This document shows, piece after piece, positions 1 through 13,574 of a stretch of 64,000 nucleotides of DNA. Each line of letters begins with the position of its first letter. Within the stretch, counting starts at the first letter, position 1. The notes beneath the pieces were generated by a model that was not told the DNA's origin, did not search any database, and was given only the letters and a program-made list of their open reading frames with translations. The translations under genes and the position numbers were made by a program. This DNA comes from Lama glama. Its lineage: Eukaryota. The stretch is taken from positions 4,900,001 through 4,964,000 of the forward strand of contig CM052818.1 in NCBI GenBank assembly GCA_028534125.1. The letters are read 5' to 3'.

Positions 1-295
1 GTTACTACAGGAAACACTTCACATTAAAAAAAAAAAAACGCTTTATATATATGGACATATATAGAGATTTTTAAAGAGAAACATCTCTGTTTAATATGCC
101 TCTTGTAGTCCAAGAACAAATGCTTTCTTGAGGGTCTCAGTTGTCTCTTATATGTTCCAAAGATAATGGATTCTACTGGATTGCTAAACTTATATGAAAT
201 TCTCAGATTTTGACACGGAATTGGAGGAGATTGCCCACATTGCTCAGTATTTTTTTTTTTTTGAGCAGTCTGGCTGAGATTTGTATGTAGCACGT

Positions 296-404
296 GGGAG
301 AGGAGTATAGCTCAGTGGTAGAGTGTGTGCCTAGCATGCATGAAGTCCTGGGTTTGATCCCCAGTCCCGCCATTAAATAGATAGATAGACAGACAGACAG
401 ATAG
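296..404 (+). mobile_element. tRNA-derived SINE, camelid Vic-1-like, with (GATA/GACA)n tail
   Basis: GGGAG..GTATAGCTCAGTGGTAGAG (A box) ... GGGTTTGATCCCCAG (B box) ... CCATTAAA, then a simple-repeat tail; resembles the recalled Vic-1 consensus. Confidence 0.85.
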
Positions 405-804
405 AGCTTGTGGTTTTATGACCACACACGCATCAAAGTATTCTTTTCATCTTTTTTTTCTCTTTTGACTTAAGCATACTTGGGGGAAGTGCCTGCCAGG
501 AGCTTCTACTGATTGAGCTGCCTGCCTTGCTTCATCTGTAAAAGTTCGTTTGCAGGTCCCCAAAGTTTTCTCCTTTGTGTATAAAAAGGCTAGCCTCTCT
601 GTCTGTGTACTGCAATATTCACTCCAGGGTTTTCCAGTCTCGGCCGCGACGTTCCTTTTGTGACTACTGAAAAAGTGGTGTGTGACAGTGAGACGCGTTT
701 CTTCCCTGTGACCTGACTTGGTCTCTTTTTAATCGATGAGTTTCCTGATGTCATCCCCCTCGAGCTAGAATGTTCACCTGTTAAAGGAACAACATAGCTT
801 AAGG

Positions 805-963
805 CAGTGGTTCTCAAAGGGTGGTCCCCAGACCAATGGCACCAGCATCGTCTGAGAACTTGTTAGAAAGGCAAATTCCTAACTCTTACTCATCAAATCA
901 AGAACCTGGGGACTGGGACCAGCCATCTGGGTTTTTCTGATACAAGAATAATTCTGAAAACTG
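805..963. mobile_element. MER5-like hAT-Charlie DNA transposon remnant
   Basis: Starts CAGTGGTTCTCAAAG..TGGTCCCCAGACC..CAGCATC..GAACTTGTTAGAAA, typical of MER5A. Confidence 0.75.
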
Positions 964-991
964 TCGGCTTAGTTATTAACAGTGTGAGCTC

Positions 992-1201
992 AGGATTTCA
1001 AAATTGTAGAACAGATAAACAAGATTATACTGTAGAGCACAGGGAAATATACAAAAGATCTTATGGTAGCTCACAGAGGAAAAAATGTGACAACGAATAT
1101 ACATATGTTCATGTATGACTGAAAACTTGTGCTCTACACTGGAATTTGACACAACATTGTAAAATGATTATAAATCAATAGAAAATTTAAAGAAAAAAAA
1201 C
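992..1201 (+). mobile_element. 5'-truncated L1 3' end (lineage-specific type) inserted into a MIR
   Basis: L1 3'UTR motifs (GATAAACAAGATTATACTGTAGAGCACAGGGAAATATA; ACACAACATTGTAAA), A tail, TSD CAGTGTGAGCTC (980-991) / CAGTATGAGCTC (1202-1213). Confidence 0.85.
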
Positions 1202-1415
1202 CAGTATGAGCTCTGGGGCAGAGTGCCTGAATCCAAATATTTCACCTTCAGGTCATGTACCCTTCTGGCTCCTCAGCTTCCTCATCAGTGAGCGGGGTGA
1301 TATAGTATCATCCATCATTCACATATGGTCGTGGCGAGATTAAATTGAGCAAGTACGTGGGAAAAGTCCCGCAAAGGTTGACATCAGTTGAGCACTTCCC
1401 GTGTTTCAGTTATTA
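1202..1415 (+). mobile_element. MIR SINE, interrupted by the L1 above
   Basis: MIR core CCTCAGCTTCCTCATCAGTGAGCGGGG ... GAGATTAAATTGAG. Confidence 0.6.
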
Positions 1416-4139
1416 TCGGCCACATTCTGCCCGTCCTCTGGTCTCAGGGTACCTTTTCTTCTTGGCCCTCTTTCCGGCCTTAGCTGAGCTGGCCTGTTTC
1501 TCTGTCTTGAATGTCCCTGCCACCTCGCTTCACCTCTTCAACTATTGCCACATTAAGGATGAGAGAAGTATCTATTTTTTCTGTCGTCTAATACTGAGTT
1601 CACAAACTAATTTTATTTCCTGAAAACCCAAAATGAGTGATGAGCAAACAGGGACAGAGTACAAGATACTTAATTTTGTCTTAGACCTGGTTTCTATTCT
1701 AACTGTAGTATAATTCCCTTACAAGCCACCTGACTTGTTTTTTCCCCCTCAGGCCTTGGGCATGTGAACCAGTACTTATTTTCATGGCTGGTGTAATTGA
1801 TCTGTGGATGGATGGGAGTGTATTTTCACCCTGTCTTCAGTGATGAATCATTCTTGTTTGTTCTAGATGCTTCTGGACTTGTTATCCTGTGTCATTTCTA
1901 TCGGGTGCCAGTTTTTGACAAATGACAGTGGCATGGCGTGGTGTGCTACCTCAGGTTCCTATTTTCCCTGAGAGTTTGAACGTAATAATTTTAGAGACGG
2001 CCACATGGCTAATGAGTCTTGCCCTCAGGAGCTCAGCACAGAGGCAACCCTCAAAAGCCTATCAGAGCCTCCTTCGAAAATGTTGGAAGGCGTGAGAGAG
2101 CGAGATGAATGGACATTTAATGTATCATATACTTCGAGAATTGAAGAGAGGATTTATGGTGCTTCCTGACTTGACACACTTCACACTCGTCATGTTGGCA
2201 CATTGCATTATACTCTGCTGCCCACGGGGCTTTTGATGATGTTTCAGAAAGAGGTGATAGATGTCTCTCTGCTGTAGCCATACATTTGCGGAGAAAGATC
2301 CAATATGAAAAACAAAGGTACGATAGGAACCATCCCTATCAACCAAACACAATAGCATATCTCTGTTTTCTGTTGTTTTGTTAGTCCCAGTTTCCTACCT
2401 AGACAGATACACCTTTCTCCAGCTAGAGATGGTCCACCCAAAGTAACCAAGTAGTGCATAATCGGTGCTATTTCTATACGAGCATTTTAATCTCTACTGG
2501 GGTCTAACAATTGGTGATGACTATTACGGCAGCCACAGTGCAATATAAAGACCATTGCGTTAAGTATCATGAACTCTTCCTTCTAACCCTGACTCGATGG
2601 TGGACTTGCTGTGTGTGTATGTTTGGATGAACCTCTTATGGCAATGTCCTAACTGCTTCATCTACCACGTGAGCACAAGACTAGCCCACCTCCAGGGAGG
2701 AATGCATGAGAACTCATTTTGAAAAGTACAGAAGTGAGAGAAAACCACCTATGTGCCTCTTGATGAGAGCAGCTGGAGTACAAATGTGTTTGTTCTCGGT
2801 TTTAATGAAAGAGAAACAGAGCCCTGAAAAGGGTGAGTGAGTTCTTTGAGGAACACTGTAAATGGTAGATAAAGAAGGTCTGGATTCTTGTCTTCTGCTC
2901 CTTAGATGAGGAACCCTGAGATGATTACCCATACCCCATGTTCAAAGGGCCACCGCACGTCTGGACAATAAAGAATCAGCAACAGCTCCACTGTATCTGA
3001 AGTTAAAGGCCTTTGGTCCATCTTGCAGGTGGAATTCCAGAGCAATCCTTGAATTCTCTTTCCCAAATAATGGCCCCAACGAATGGCTGTTATCAAATTT
3101 CCCACGAGCCAGGCAGGAGAGAGGCTGCAGATGGATTTACTTTTTATTAAGGAAAAGTTTTAATTGGTCATTTCTTGGGCAAATGAGTTAGTGACCTGAG
3201 AGTCGACTGGATGCATGGAAGTAAGGAGCACCGTATGTTGACTACCTCCTGTGAACTCAGGACACCCTGTTCAATTATCTGTAGAGCTTTCTTGTGCATG
3301 TCCTGTTTGCACCATAAGAGTGTCATTAAGAGCAGAAACTTTGCTTTGTACTTCTTTGTCATCTTCTCAAATCCCCGAGGTCAGTGCTCATTAAATATAG
3401 GCTAATCAACTTCAAGTGAAGTTGAACACATCTGGAATAAAAGGAAGAGGAAAATCTCCAAGCCGATGCTATCTCATCTCATCTTACTTCCCAAATAAAT
3501 TAGAATTCCTTTAAGACATTCTCTGTTAGAATCAACGGTATATATTCCCCAGCTTCCATTTTTTTTCATTTCCATTGAGGGCTTTTGTAGGGCTGCCTAA
3601 GTGTCACGTTGAACCCAGCCATGCTGGAGTCGCTGACAGCTTTGCCTTTGTGGGATGTGCCTGTAAGCATGCAGTCTCATCTCTCTTCTTGTCTGATGAT
3701 GTCTAATTTGCAATGCTGGTAACTTAGTGATACTTTGTGTTACTCCAGAGTCTTTAAAGGAATTCTGAGCATCAGAACAAAAAAAAATTCTCTTTTATTT
3801 TCTAGGAGCTCTTAGATCATTATTTTACTTAGATGGTGCAGTAACGGATTCACGGTTCTTGGCAAAGGTTGCCCACTTACTGAGCTGGTGGCTTGGGACC
3901 ACTAAGACTCTAGAGGTAGGATATTCAGGAGAGAGATTGTTAGACCCAGAACTGGACCTAATCGTGTCTTTCTACTTCCTTGTCTGTTTCATCCACAAAT
4001 TGTAAGCTTGAAGATCTTTTCTCAGCTGGGGATTGAATGGAGATGCTCTGAGCTCTTTACAAGGAGGCACTAGATAAACATTGGAGGTTATTATTTGATG
4101 AAAAGAGCTATTTTTAAAGTCTTCCTTTTCTCTCCATTA

Positions 4140-4900
4140 TATTTCTACTACCTTATATCAGAAACTGGTTATTTCTTGCCCTGTTCTTTTCCCCATCTAT
4201 TCCATACACTCCAGTTATAGTAATATTTATAAGGTGCTAATCTGATCATGTCATTTCTCTGCTTAAAACTCTGCAGTAGTATGCAAGGGTCATCATGCAC
4301 AAAGCAGGGCTATACACACATATTTTCTTATATAGACAGAGCGTCTTTCCTGAAGGATACTCAGGAACCTTGTGTCAGTGGTTTTCATGGCTAGGAGGAG
4401 GAGGAGAGAGACTTTCTTTTTAATTGTGAACCACTTGTACTTTGAAATTTTGCACCATGTAACCATATGACTTAATTACAAAACAAAACAAAACAAAACT
4501 CTTCGATGGCTCTGAACACCCTTAGGAAAAATTTACATTCTTAACCTGAAAGACTCTCATGATGAGCCCCTGTGCCCATTTTGCATCATCTTTGGCTTCT
4601 CTCTCTCCCCTCAACTCTTTCCCCACACACCCGCGATGGTCCAAGCACCTCACAAGCATGCTTACCTGCGGTCATATGCCGCAGCTCTCTGTTGCAGAGC
4701 CAGGTGTAGGCTCCCACACATTGTGACACTAACAAATTTGTCCTTCCTTTCCCTTCTTCTTAGCATGACTCTCATCACTCCTCACCCCGGAGATATCTTC
4801 TCATCCTCCATGAAGCTCTGATTGATTCCTCCACACTGGACCATGAACCACTTCTCCGTGCAAATTGTGATTGTAGCATTTCCCGCATTATCTTTGCACC
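4140..4900 (+). mobile_element. L2 fragment interrupted by an old L1M 3' end (~4290-4499)
   Basis: L2 motif TCTGATCATGTCATTTCTCTGCTTAAAACTCT, resuming after a (CAAAA)n tail with AAAACTCTTCGATGGCTC; the insert resembles an L1ME 3'UTR. Confidence 0.55.
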
Positions 4901-4974
4901 AAGTACCGGGCTCAGGGGTGTAAAAAGTAAAATTGTTTCTTGTAACTTAGCTTACTTTTTAGCACAATTGCTCA

Positions 4975-5170
4975 TCTTAGATCAGGTTCTTCAGAAACAG
5001 ACCTTGAGAGGAAGACCTTGTACAAGGAAGTGTTAAGCCTTGGAAGAAACCAAGAAGGGGGGTGGTGGCGAGCAGGAGCAGTAGAGAGAAGACGTCAAGA
5101 AGGGGTCCAGTTTCAGGCAAAACCCCAGAGAGGATGCCTTCAGCCTGATCTTTCAGGGAAAACTGTCTGC
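4975..5170. mobile_element. Ancient ERVL LTR fragment (LTR16/LTR33-like)
   Basis: CTTAGATCAGGTTCTTCAGAAACAGACCTTGAGA resembles the terminus of this LTR class. Confidence 0.4.
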
Positions 5171-5194
5171 AGTAGACTCATAATTCTAGTTCAG

Positions 5195-5500
5195 GGCTTA
5201 TTATCTGTCTCCATTCACAAAATACAAGATGTAAGAGAGCAGGAAACTTCTCTCTCTCATTCATGGATATATTCCAAGCCATTAGAATGATGCCTGCACA
5301 CAGCAGTCATTTGTTGAATGAGTTAATAAACTACAAACCTCTCCTTGTTGTTGAACAAAACTTGTGAAGTATATTCATTTATTCATTACATAAATTAGGG
5401 GCACCTACTATATCCCAGGCTCTATTTTAGGTCCTGGGATTACAATAGTGGAGAAAACGGTTTAATAGCTCTGCTCTCATGGAGTGTCCAGTGGGAAATT
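5195..5500. mobile_element. Two L2 3' ends in opposite orientation
   Basis: ATTTGTTGAATGAGT tail (+) near 5310; ATTCATTTATTCATT..GCACCTACTATATCCCAGGC (-) from about 5372. Confidence 0.6.
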
Positions 5501-5619
5501 TGGGAACTGCATCACACTGGGTGCAGAGAAAATCTGCAGGGACATCCCAGCCCCATCTGTACTGAGATAGTTCTAAAGGGTCCATCCTGGGATCAGAGGC
5601 TTACCTGAGACCCACCACC

Positions 5620-5800
5620 TCCCTTGGCTTTGCCTCGTGATCTCATCCAGCCTCATGCTGTAAATCCCAGCGACATGCTGATGGTACCAAAGTCATTTCT
5701 CCCACTCGGACCTCTCTCCCAAATGCCAGACTCATACAAGCCAGTTGTCCATGGAACAAGGTGCAGTCTTCACTGCCCTTGGATCTTTCCAAAGCATCTG
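5620..5800 (+). mobile_element. Decayed L2 ORF2 RT-domain fragment
   Basis: GTGATCTCATCCAGCCTCATG..CATGCTGATG..GACCTCTCTCCC..CCAGACTCATA corresponds to the L2 DLI..HG..YADD..PDLS region, frameshifted. Confidence 0.6.
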
Positions 5801-6689
5801 TCATGGGGACGCACCTCAGGGACTCACACTAGCCTCCAAGTCTTCTGCTTTTCGTCCTCTCCTGCTCGTCTCCTGCACGAGGGGCATCGTCCTCTCATTG
5901 AGAGGGCGGTGGTTGGGTCGGTGGAAGGAAGGGGGCTACACGGGACCTTGCATCATGCTGAGTCCTCCCAAATCTACGATTTCTGGTGCATCCTTTATGC
6001 CCTGGGTCCTTCAGAGCCTGGAGTTTGCTCTTCAAAAAAGCCTCTCTCTGCTTTTCTGCTTTAGCAATCCTGAGATGTGGTTTGGATGGGAAAAGAGCCA
6101 CAGAGTGAAAAGGAATTACAGGATTTAAGTGCTTGGGGGCTGAGAACTGAGCCTTCTTCCTATTCGTAGCATCGGAATCCCTTTCCTCCAGGTTAAGGTG
6201 AGTGCTGTCCCCTGCACTTCCTTCCTCAGCTGTGTGTTCTTCCGCCTTTAAAAGACGCATCCGATTGTATTATAAAGGGGACAGTCCCGCATCCCTTCTG
6301 GACTGGCCTGTCCCTCGTTATTCATCTTTCTATCCCCAGCATTTATCACAGTGCCTGGAACATAACAGATGCCAAAGAAACGGCATTCAGGGAAGCGGGA
6401 TTCGTCTGCTCTGACAGCTAGCTTGAAGGCGAAGCCTTGCATCTGCCCAGTGACTCCGTTTCCTATACCTGGGATCGGTCTTGCCCACAATGAATGGGAT
6501 TCTGAGCTCTTGCAATAAGCTCAGAGAATGTGGCTCACCGGAGGCAGGATGCCTTTGAAGGAGATATGTGTTCTGGCCGCCTCTTTGAACTCTAGTATAG
6601 AATGATTCATCTTCCATGAACCGCATAACCTCAGATCAGGGCTCCCAACTCACCCCCACCCCGCGCCCCCATCTTTCATTGCCTCTTCG

Positions 6690-7480
6690 GTTGCCCACTC
6701 TCCCTCCCCGCTTCCTGTTCCATCCATCTCCCCTCCCGCCAGGCCCGTGCAGACACACAGACGTGCGCGCACAAGCTTTGATCCTGCTGGCACCAACGGC
6801 ACTCAGGAAAGAAGTTCAATATGTCCACTGGCGTCAAGATACAGTAATAACAATTCTTCAAAATGACAATCACCGGCAGCCTAGGGGCGTTCGGGGGCGC
6901 TTCGGCTTTGTGCTGCCTGTAGTCTTCAGCCTTGCTCTTCGGTGTTCAGAAGCAAAGGTAGCGGCAGTTTGCTCTACCTGAGGGGTGCCGCCGAGCTGGG
7001 GTCCCACACACAGCTAGTTTGGGGCGCCCCCGTGGCGAGGAACAGGCGAAGCCACGGAGTGTTTTGTGCCCCGTCTCACAGTCACGAGCGGAGCCCGATC
7101 TCCTGTTTGCATCGTTACTCAGCCGCATTTCATGTTTGTGATTGTGTTGACAAGGAACAACGTTGCCGTTTCTGGCAGCATCTCGTAGTTTCCCGAGCAG
7201 CCTGGGGCGCGTCGAGAACGCAGGAGGCACACACTGACTTGGTTGCCACCTGACACCGCTTCTGCTCATCTAAACCCAGAGTGCCCATCGGGAGTGCGCG
7301 AGCGGCATCCTCCAGCATCCTAACTAGGCAGCTGTTCCCGGATCGCCGTTCATTTTCCGGTAGCTCCCGCTCCTCCCCTCCTGCCAAGGACAATCCAACA
7401 TCCACAGGCGGGAAAAAACAGACTGTCTGCCCTACGGACTCCCAGGACAAGCCATTTCCCAACTCCCCTAGTAGAGAACC
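6690..7480. promoter_or_regulatory. CpG-island-like element (candidate promoter or enhancer)
   Basis: GC-rich and apparently repeat-free, with many retained CpGs against a CpG-depleted background; ETS-like TTCCGG and GC-box-like motifs. Confidence 0.55.
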
Positions 7481-8599
7481 GAGGCAGACACCATTGATGT
7501 TACTTTATTCTGTTTTTAAAAAAATGTTTTATTTTTTGTGATTTTCTTTTCCTCCATCAGCAGGAGCAAGAAAAACCTAGACCTCAAAATCAAAGGCCAC
7601 CTTGAGCTGCACTGAACTGGCCCTGTCTAACTGATTCAAAATTTAATGTTCTGTTTTGTTTATGGCAGGCAAAACAGAGGCTTCTGTTTTGGGGTGGTGG
7701 CTGGTTAAAGGAATCATAAAACAACTTAGATGTTTCTTGGTGATATACCAGCTATGTTAAATAAATATTTGATGCTTTATAAAAGAATGAGGCACATACA
7801 GATGAGATTTTCCTCTGCATACACACCGGCGTAGACCACACTGGCAGAGAGATCTCTGATGTTGTGCTTTCTAGGGCCCCTGAAACACAGGTTGCCACAC
7901 CTGAGGATGTGACATTTCTAGATGGTCTGACATATCACCTCCTCTACTTGTGTCGAATGACATTTTTTCTTGCTCTCTTGACTGGACTTGGGAGTGAAAG
8001 TAGTTTCTATGTGTTTCCATCCCATTTTCAAAGATAAGCACTTAACCATCTTGTTATGGTAACCAACCAAATGGGAAAAAAAAAAATCAAAAGCATGAAT
8101 CTAGAGGTTATAAAACTCAGCTTCTATATAATTAAATAAAAGTTCTTTCCTATTTTGTTTTTCGTGGAAACATACATTGTAGGCTTGGAGAGGAAAGCTT
8201 ATGTTGAAGTTGGTATCAATTTTCAGCAGAGTAACATTAAAAATATTAGGCTTTTCTTGAACTTTCAAAACTGCCTTGCCAATGATTTAGGTGACAGAAA
8301 ACGAGCAATACACTTAGAGCTTAAATCTGTCCAAAATGGTTAGAAAAAAAAAACTATCAAAAAATGATATGTATATGCCATTTTTTGACAATTATTTTTA
8401 ATACAGGAATTTTGAAAATGGAGGTTCTCTTGATATTATACCGACCTATAGGTTATTTGGAAAGCTAACCACAAGCTAAGGATAATGATCTATGTTTGTC
8501 ATTTGACAATTAATTGGCCAAGCTATTGCTTTCAAACAGCCAGTCAGCTGAACTTTGGCCATCCACTTCATTTGTAGAAGGGCTCAGTGTTTTGGGTCC

Positions 8600-8800
8600 A
8601 AACCAATAACAGAATATAGTCATAGCCAACATGTGTTGAATGCTTCTCCTAAACCCGTCAGATTACCCCCCAGTTAATCATTATAAGAACCCTATGAATC
8701 AAGTTACTGTTGTTATCATCAAGGTACAGATAAGGAAATTAAGATACATGAAAGTTAAATAACTTGCCCCAGTGATAGCGTGGAGCTTTGAACTCACTGC
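8600..8800 (-). mobile_element. MIR SINE
   Basis: ACAGATAAGGAAATTAAG..AAGTTAAATAACTTGCCCC reverse MIR core. Confidence 0.65.
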
Positions 8801-8979
8801 TATCCTAAAGGAAATAGCAGAGCTGACTGATATCTTTGAAGCACTTGTCCCAGAGATGGGAATACTGAGGTCCCAGATGGAAGGAGCTTGCTTAAACAGA
8901 TATAATGAACAGGAAGGACAGGGGATGTGGGGAGAAAAGCACCCAATAACCCAACAGAGATTCCAGGCAAGAGTGGAGT

Positions 8980-9140
8980 TTTACTTCATGTGGCCTTATT
9001 TCTTGCTGTATGACCTGAGCAAGTCACTTTTTCCTAGTGTTATTCAGTGTCTGTACATGCAAATAGGAGATCATTCAATAGTCAACACATACGTGGCAGA
9101 TATGCAGCATGTGCAATGCAAGGTTGTATGGAACACACTC
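8980..9140 (+). mobile_element. MIR SINE
   Basis: GCTGTATGACCTGAGCAAGTCACTT core. Confidence 0.55.
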
Positions 9141-9491
9141 CAAAGGGAAAGAAGAAAGTCAGAAAAGAATACATAGAGTGTGGCTGGCATGGGGTGCCCT
9201 CATGCCGTCCCTTTGGCTTCTGTGAGTTCAGACAGCTGTGATGGACACTAGCCGTGCCTGCTGCCACCTCAAGGTCACAATTAGGGGGTCCCTGCTTTCC
9301 TGCCTCAGGCTTTTCTCAGAACCATGGGATGCCACTCGGCCTGAATGCGCAAAGAAGGTAAGCCCCTGAGAGCAAATTTTAAGTAGTGGACATTGATTGG
9401 TGAATACCGTCCAGTCTGCCTTCCTCTGGTCTGGTGGGCCAGTTCTGAAAGGTGTTTTATACAGTATCTCAGGGAGTGCGTGGCAGGTCTG

Positions 9492-10330
9492 CCTCAGCTG
9501 TTTGTTTTCTTGTTGAATTTTGAGTTCTTTATAACAGTTCTTTACCAGATGCGGTGTTTGCAAATATTTTCCCCCAGTCTAAGGCTTGTCTTCTCAATCT
9601 CTTGAGATTGTCTTTCACAGAGAAAGTTTTCAATTTTAATGAAGTCCCAACTTATCAATGATTTCTTTTGCACATTGTGCCTTTGATGTGGTACCTAAAA
9701 CGTGATCGCCATACCCAAGGCCAGTTAGGTCTTCTCCTACGTTATCTTCTGGGAGTTTTATAGTTTTGTGTTTTACGTTAGGTCTGTGATCCATTTTGAG
9801 CTCCGTTTTGTGAAGGGTATAAAGTCTGTGTCTAGCTTCATTTTTGTTTTGTATGCAGATGTCCAGTTGTTCCTGCACCATTTGTTGAAAAGGCTATCTT
9901 TGTTCTATTGTATTGCCTTTGCTCCTCTTATTTCTCTATTTCTGAGCTCTCCATTCTGTTCCATTGGTCCATTTGTCTCTTCTTTTGCCAATATGATACC
10001 GTCTTGTTCACTGTGGTTTTATAGTAGTTCTTGAAGTTGCCTAGTAGAGTTCTCCAACTTTATTCTTGTTCTCCAGTAATGAATTGGCTTTTCTGGGTCT
10101 TTCACATTTTCACGTAAATTTTGGAATTCGTTTCTCAACATGCACAAAATAGCTTGCTGGGTTTTGATTAGGACTGCATATTTCATTTACTCCACAGGTC
10201 AAGTCATCTTGACCATATTGTCTTCTTATCCATGAATGTGCAATATTTCCCCATTTATTTAGTTCTTTGACATCTTTTATCAGAGTTGTAGTTTTCCGCA
10301 TACAGATTTTATACATGTTTTGTTAAATGG
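9492..10330 (-). mobile_element. L1 ORF2 fragment (old L1M), frameshifted
   Basis: Minus-strand peptides LIKDVKELNKWGNIAHSWIRR and [24 protein letters not shown]...KAQCAKEIIDK match L1 ORF2 downstream of the RT domain. Confidence 0.9.
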
Positions 10331-11929
10331 CATCAGGCTTTTATACTCTGAAAAAGTTTGTAACTTTTCAATCGAGACATTCTGATGCCATCATTTTGAC
10401 TTGGGGACATTCTGACAAAGCTTAAAATCCAAGTTACTCTACTTCAGAGTTTCAGATTCCAAATGAAGTTTTTAGCAGCTGCCTTCACAACATATTTACC
10501 AAGAAGATGTCAAAGTCTGGAGAGTCATCATACAAATGGGCTGAGGAACGAAATGATGGTCAGGGATGTCTATCAAGCACATACCTATTTTAACTTAACC
10601 ACTTTGAAATGTTGATAATGACATGGCCCTTGTCAAAAGATGTCCTGATTGGGTTACTACTGCTATCAAAATGCTAGCTGGCAGCTAGAATCAAGTCCAA
10701 TGGCAAAATCCAGTGCAGCACAAGTACTCCGGCTGATAAACCCTAGAACATAAAAATATGATTCTTGGGTTCCCCTTCCATGAGAACTTCATTTCCTTTT
10801 GTGCCATCAGTCAAGTGGTGCCTGACTCTCAAGTAATCCTGGCACGATTTATGCTCATCCAGCTCATGCATTTCATACCCCCCATTTGTTTCTAGAGTGA
10901 ATATTTCATGTGGGTTTCTACTATCATCTTTCGTGATTCATAATCACAACCTACCAGCCAACATTTTCCATGCTTGGTTTCAGCTCCAGCATGGAATTTT
11001 TGGAGAGCTAGTGCTCCAAGCTAGTGTTGGCTTTCCATGAAGCCAAAAAATAAGCCAACAAGCCCACAAACCAAAATAATAATAAATTGGTGAGTAGATG
11101 CTATAATTTAACCATGTGTTTTGTTCTGAGGAAAATCTCTTGGGTAATTTTGGAAAACAAATTCCAAAGTAATGAATTTCTAAGTGATTAAGGATTGCAT
11201 TTGTATATGCAACTATTCTGTTTTCCAGTGTGCTTAGGCATTTTTGCCCTGATTTTTAAGTGTAAAACCTCATAGTATTATTTACAATAAGAACGTAGTT
11301 CTATAAATTTCCTTCTATGACTCTAGTATTTTTCAACGCATGAGGTTAGATTTTAGCCCAAGGTATTCATTATAGATAATCGTGTGTGGCTGGCTTTTAA
11401 CATTGTAGTTTTAGAGTTGCAGAGCAGTGGCTTAATGTACCTAATTCCTTTCTTATTGTTTTTGTTTGTGGATCATGTCCATTTTTGTAGTACCTCCTGC
11501 CTTCCTTTTACAGTGATCCCTCACTGTTTTAGGAAACACATCTGGAAACCTAACAAAAAGTTCCTGTTAATGGACATTTGCTATTCATAACTTGTTTTCC
11601 ATGAATTTTGCAATGATGCTGTGACTTAATACGGACTAGCAGGCAGCTCTCAGAATATTCTGATTCTGCAGGAATTCAGCAAAGGGATCGAGGCTCCATC
11701 TCCATGATATTCTGACACCTGTCAAAGAATGCACGAGTCAGTGAAACCAGCAATATTTTTCAGAGAAGATATTTTACCCCTCAAACAATGGTTTTGCTGA
11801 ATATGAATGCCAAAAAAATTATTTCACTTTATCAATTTTATGACAACAGCTAGATCCTAGAAGTGACTAGGTTTTGTACCTCTCTTGCCTCTTAATGAAA
11901 AACCAAGAGTTTTACAAGATTGGAAGGTA

Positions 11930-12060
11930 GCAGTGGCGTGGGAAGGACCTCAGTTTGAAATAAGAAGTCCCAACTTTAAATTCCATTTCTGCACCATACT
12001 AGCTGTTTGACCATGAGCAAATTGTTTAACCTACACTTCGATTTCTGTCAAATGGGTCTC
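11930..12060 (+). mobile_element. MIR SINE
   Basis: TACTAGCTGTTTGACCATGAGCAAATTGTTTAACCT core. Confidence 0.55.
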
Positions 12061-13574
12061 TTTGGCTTTATACACCCATTCTGAAGATCAAGCATCAGTT
12101 ACTGTGCAGTGGAATTAGTGCCGACACTGATCTTGGCACGCGGTTCGCTGTGCAAAGCTGGCTAGCTCTGACAGCCTCTTTTCTTCCCAATGAGGTTTAC
12201 ATCCTCTCGTGAGCAGGCCCTCTGTCATCTGTCTCCTGCTGTCCCACAGCACCCAGATCACCCAGGGTTAGCATATGTAAGACAGAAGTCAAATATTTCC
12301 TGAGTTTTACTGAGGCAATTCTACAAAGAGAAAGGACCCAACCAGGGGCATCATGAGTTGTCGCCACTGCCTTGCCATTAATTTTGAATATGTTCCTTTG
12401 TCACTCAAAGCCCAATTTTTCTTGTTTAGAAAACAACATTGGGTCAACTGGCTAGAGGACCCCTAAGACGTAGTCTTAATACTGCATTTACATCAGCCTG
12501 ATGCGCTTTCTTTGGAAATCTCCAACCAGCTCACTTCCTGTTGCAGAAGTAGAAAGAGTTTGCTTCAAAGGAAACGTGTCTGTGAACCTTCTGGCCCTCC
12601 AATTCTTGCAGAGAACGTCAGTATCTGGATGTGACAGTTCTTCACCCTTATTTAACAAACGCTGAAGTCTGCTTTTCTTGCCAAATTAAAAGCAATTAAC
12701 CAATTCTGCCTCCTTTCTATATCAGTTATAGCCTTGCAGAAGGCAGTGGAGGAACTTGCCTCTGATCCTGTGTGAATTCCCATCCTAGCTCTCAAGAGAA
12801 TACAATGGAATACAAATCAGACCTTTTCTGTTCAACTCAGAAGCTTACTGGATTTTGCCTGCTTTAAGGTTGCCATGAGGCTGTCTTCCTATAAGCATAA
12901 ATCACATCCATTTGAACTCTGTCTTGGGAAGATGGCAAATGCTCAGTACCAAATTCCCTGTCTTTTCCATGGCCATCTGTAGTAAAATTCTGGCAAGTTC
13001 CTCTTTCTCTCAGTCTGATCAGTGTCTTGGGTGTTCATCCTCTTGTATGATTTCTTCTTGGAAAAGCTACCCATGTATTCCTTTCCACCAGGTTCTGGTG
13101 CCCTGATGTGATGCACCCAGGAGACGCGGAACACATGTTGTGCAAGGGGTTCCCACTCAAACTCAATTTTTACCTGACTCAGATTTTTCTACTTCCCTAC
13201 CCTTTCCTGACACCGGACTTGTGCTGGAGTCCTCAGGGAAATTTTCTGAGATGTTCAGATACATCTTGAAGATCAATTATCCCTAATCAAAGTTTGATAA
13301 GGACTGGCATCTGGTGCTCAGTCTTCATTCATTCAGTCAACAAATGTTACTGAGTGGCTGCAACATCTTAGGCCCTGTGAAAACATCTTCTCCCCTCTTT
13401 AATCTCTATTCCTCCTTCACAGTATCTCAGGTTCCTACTCTTCTCTCCCCCTAAGTGGTATCTCACCAAGTTCCCACTCACGTAGTATCTTACCTTGGAG
13501 ATTTCACCCTTGAAATTTTTTTTTTTTATTATTCTAGGGTAGACATAAGAATGGGTGTTCTGGATATACTTGAT

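Noticed and set aside
296..375. tRNA-Ala-like gene
   Set aside because: Has A/B boxes but mismatched stems, a simple-repeat tail and a second degenerate copy at 36.5 kb, so it is a SINE
9636..10316. ORFs with real protein homology
   Set aside because: Frameshifted L1 ORF2 relics, not host genes
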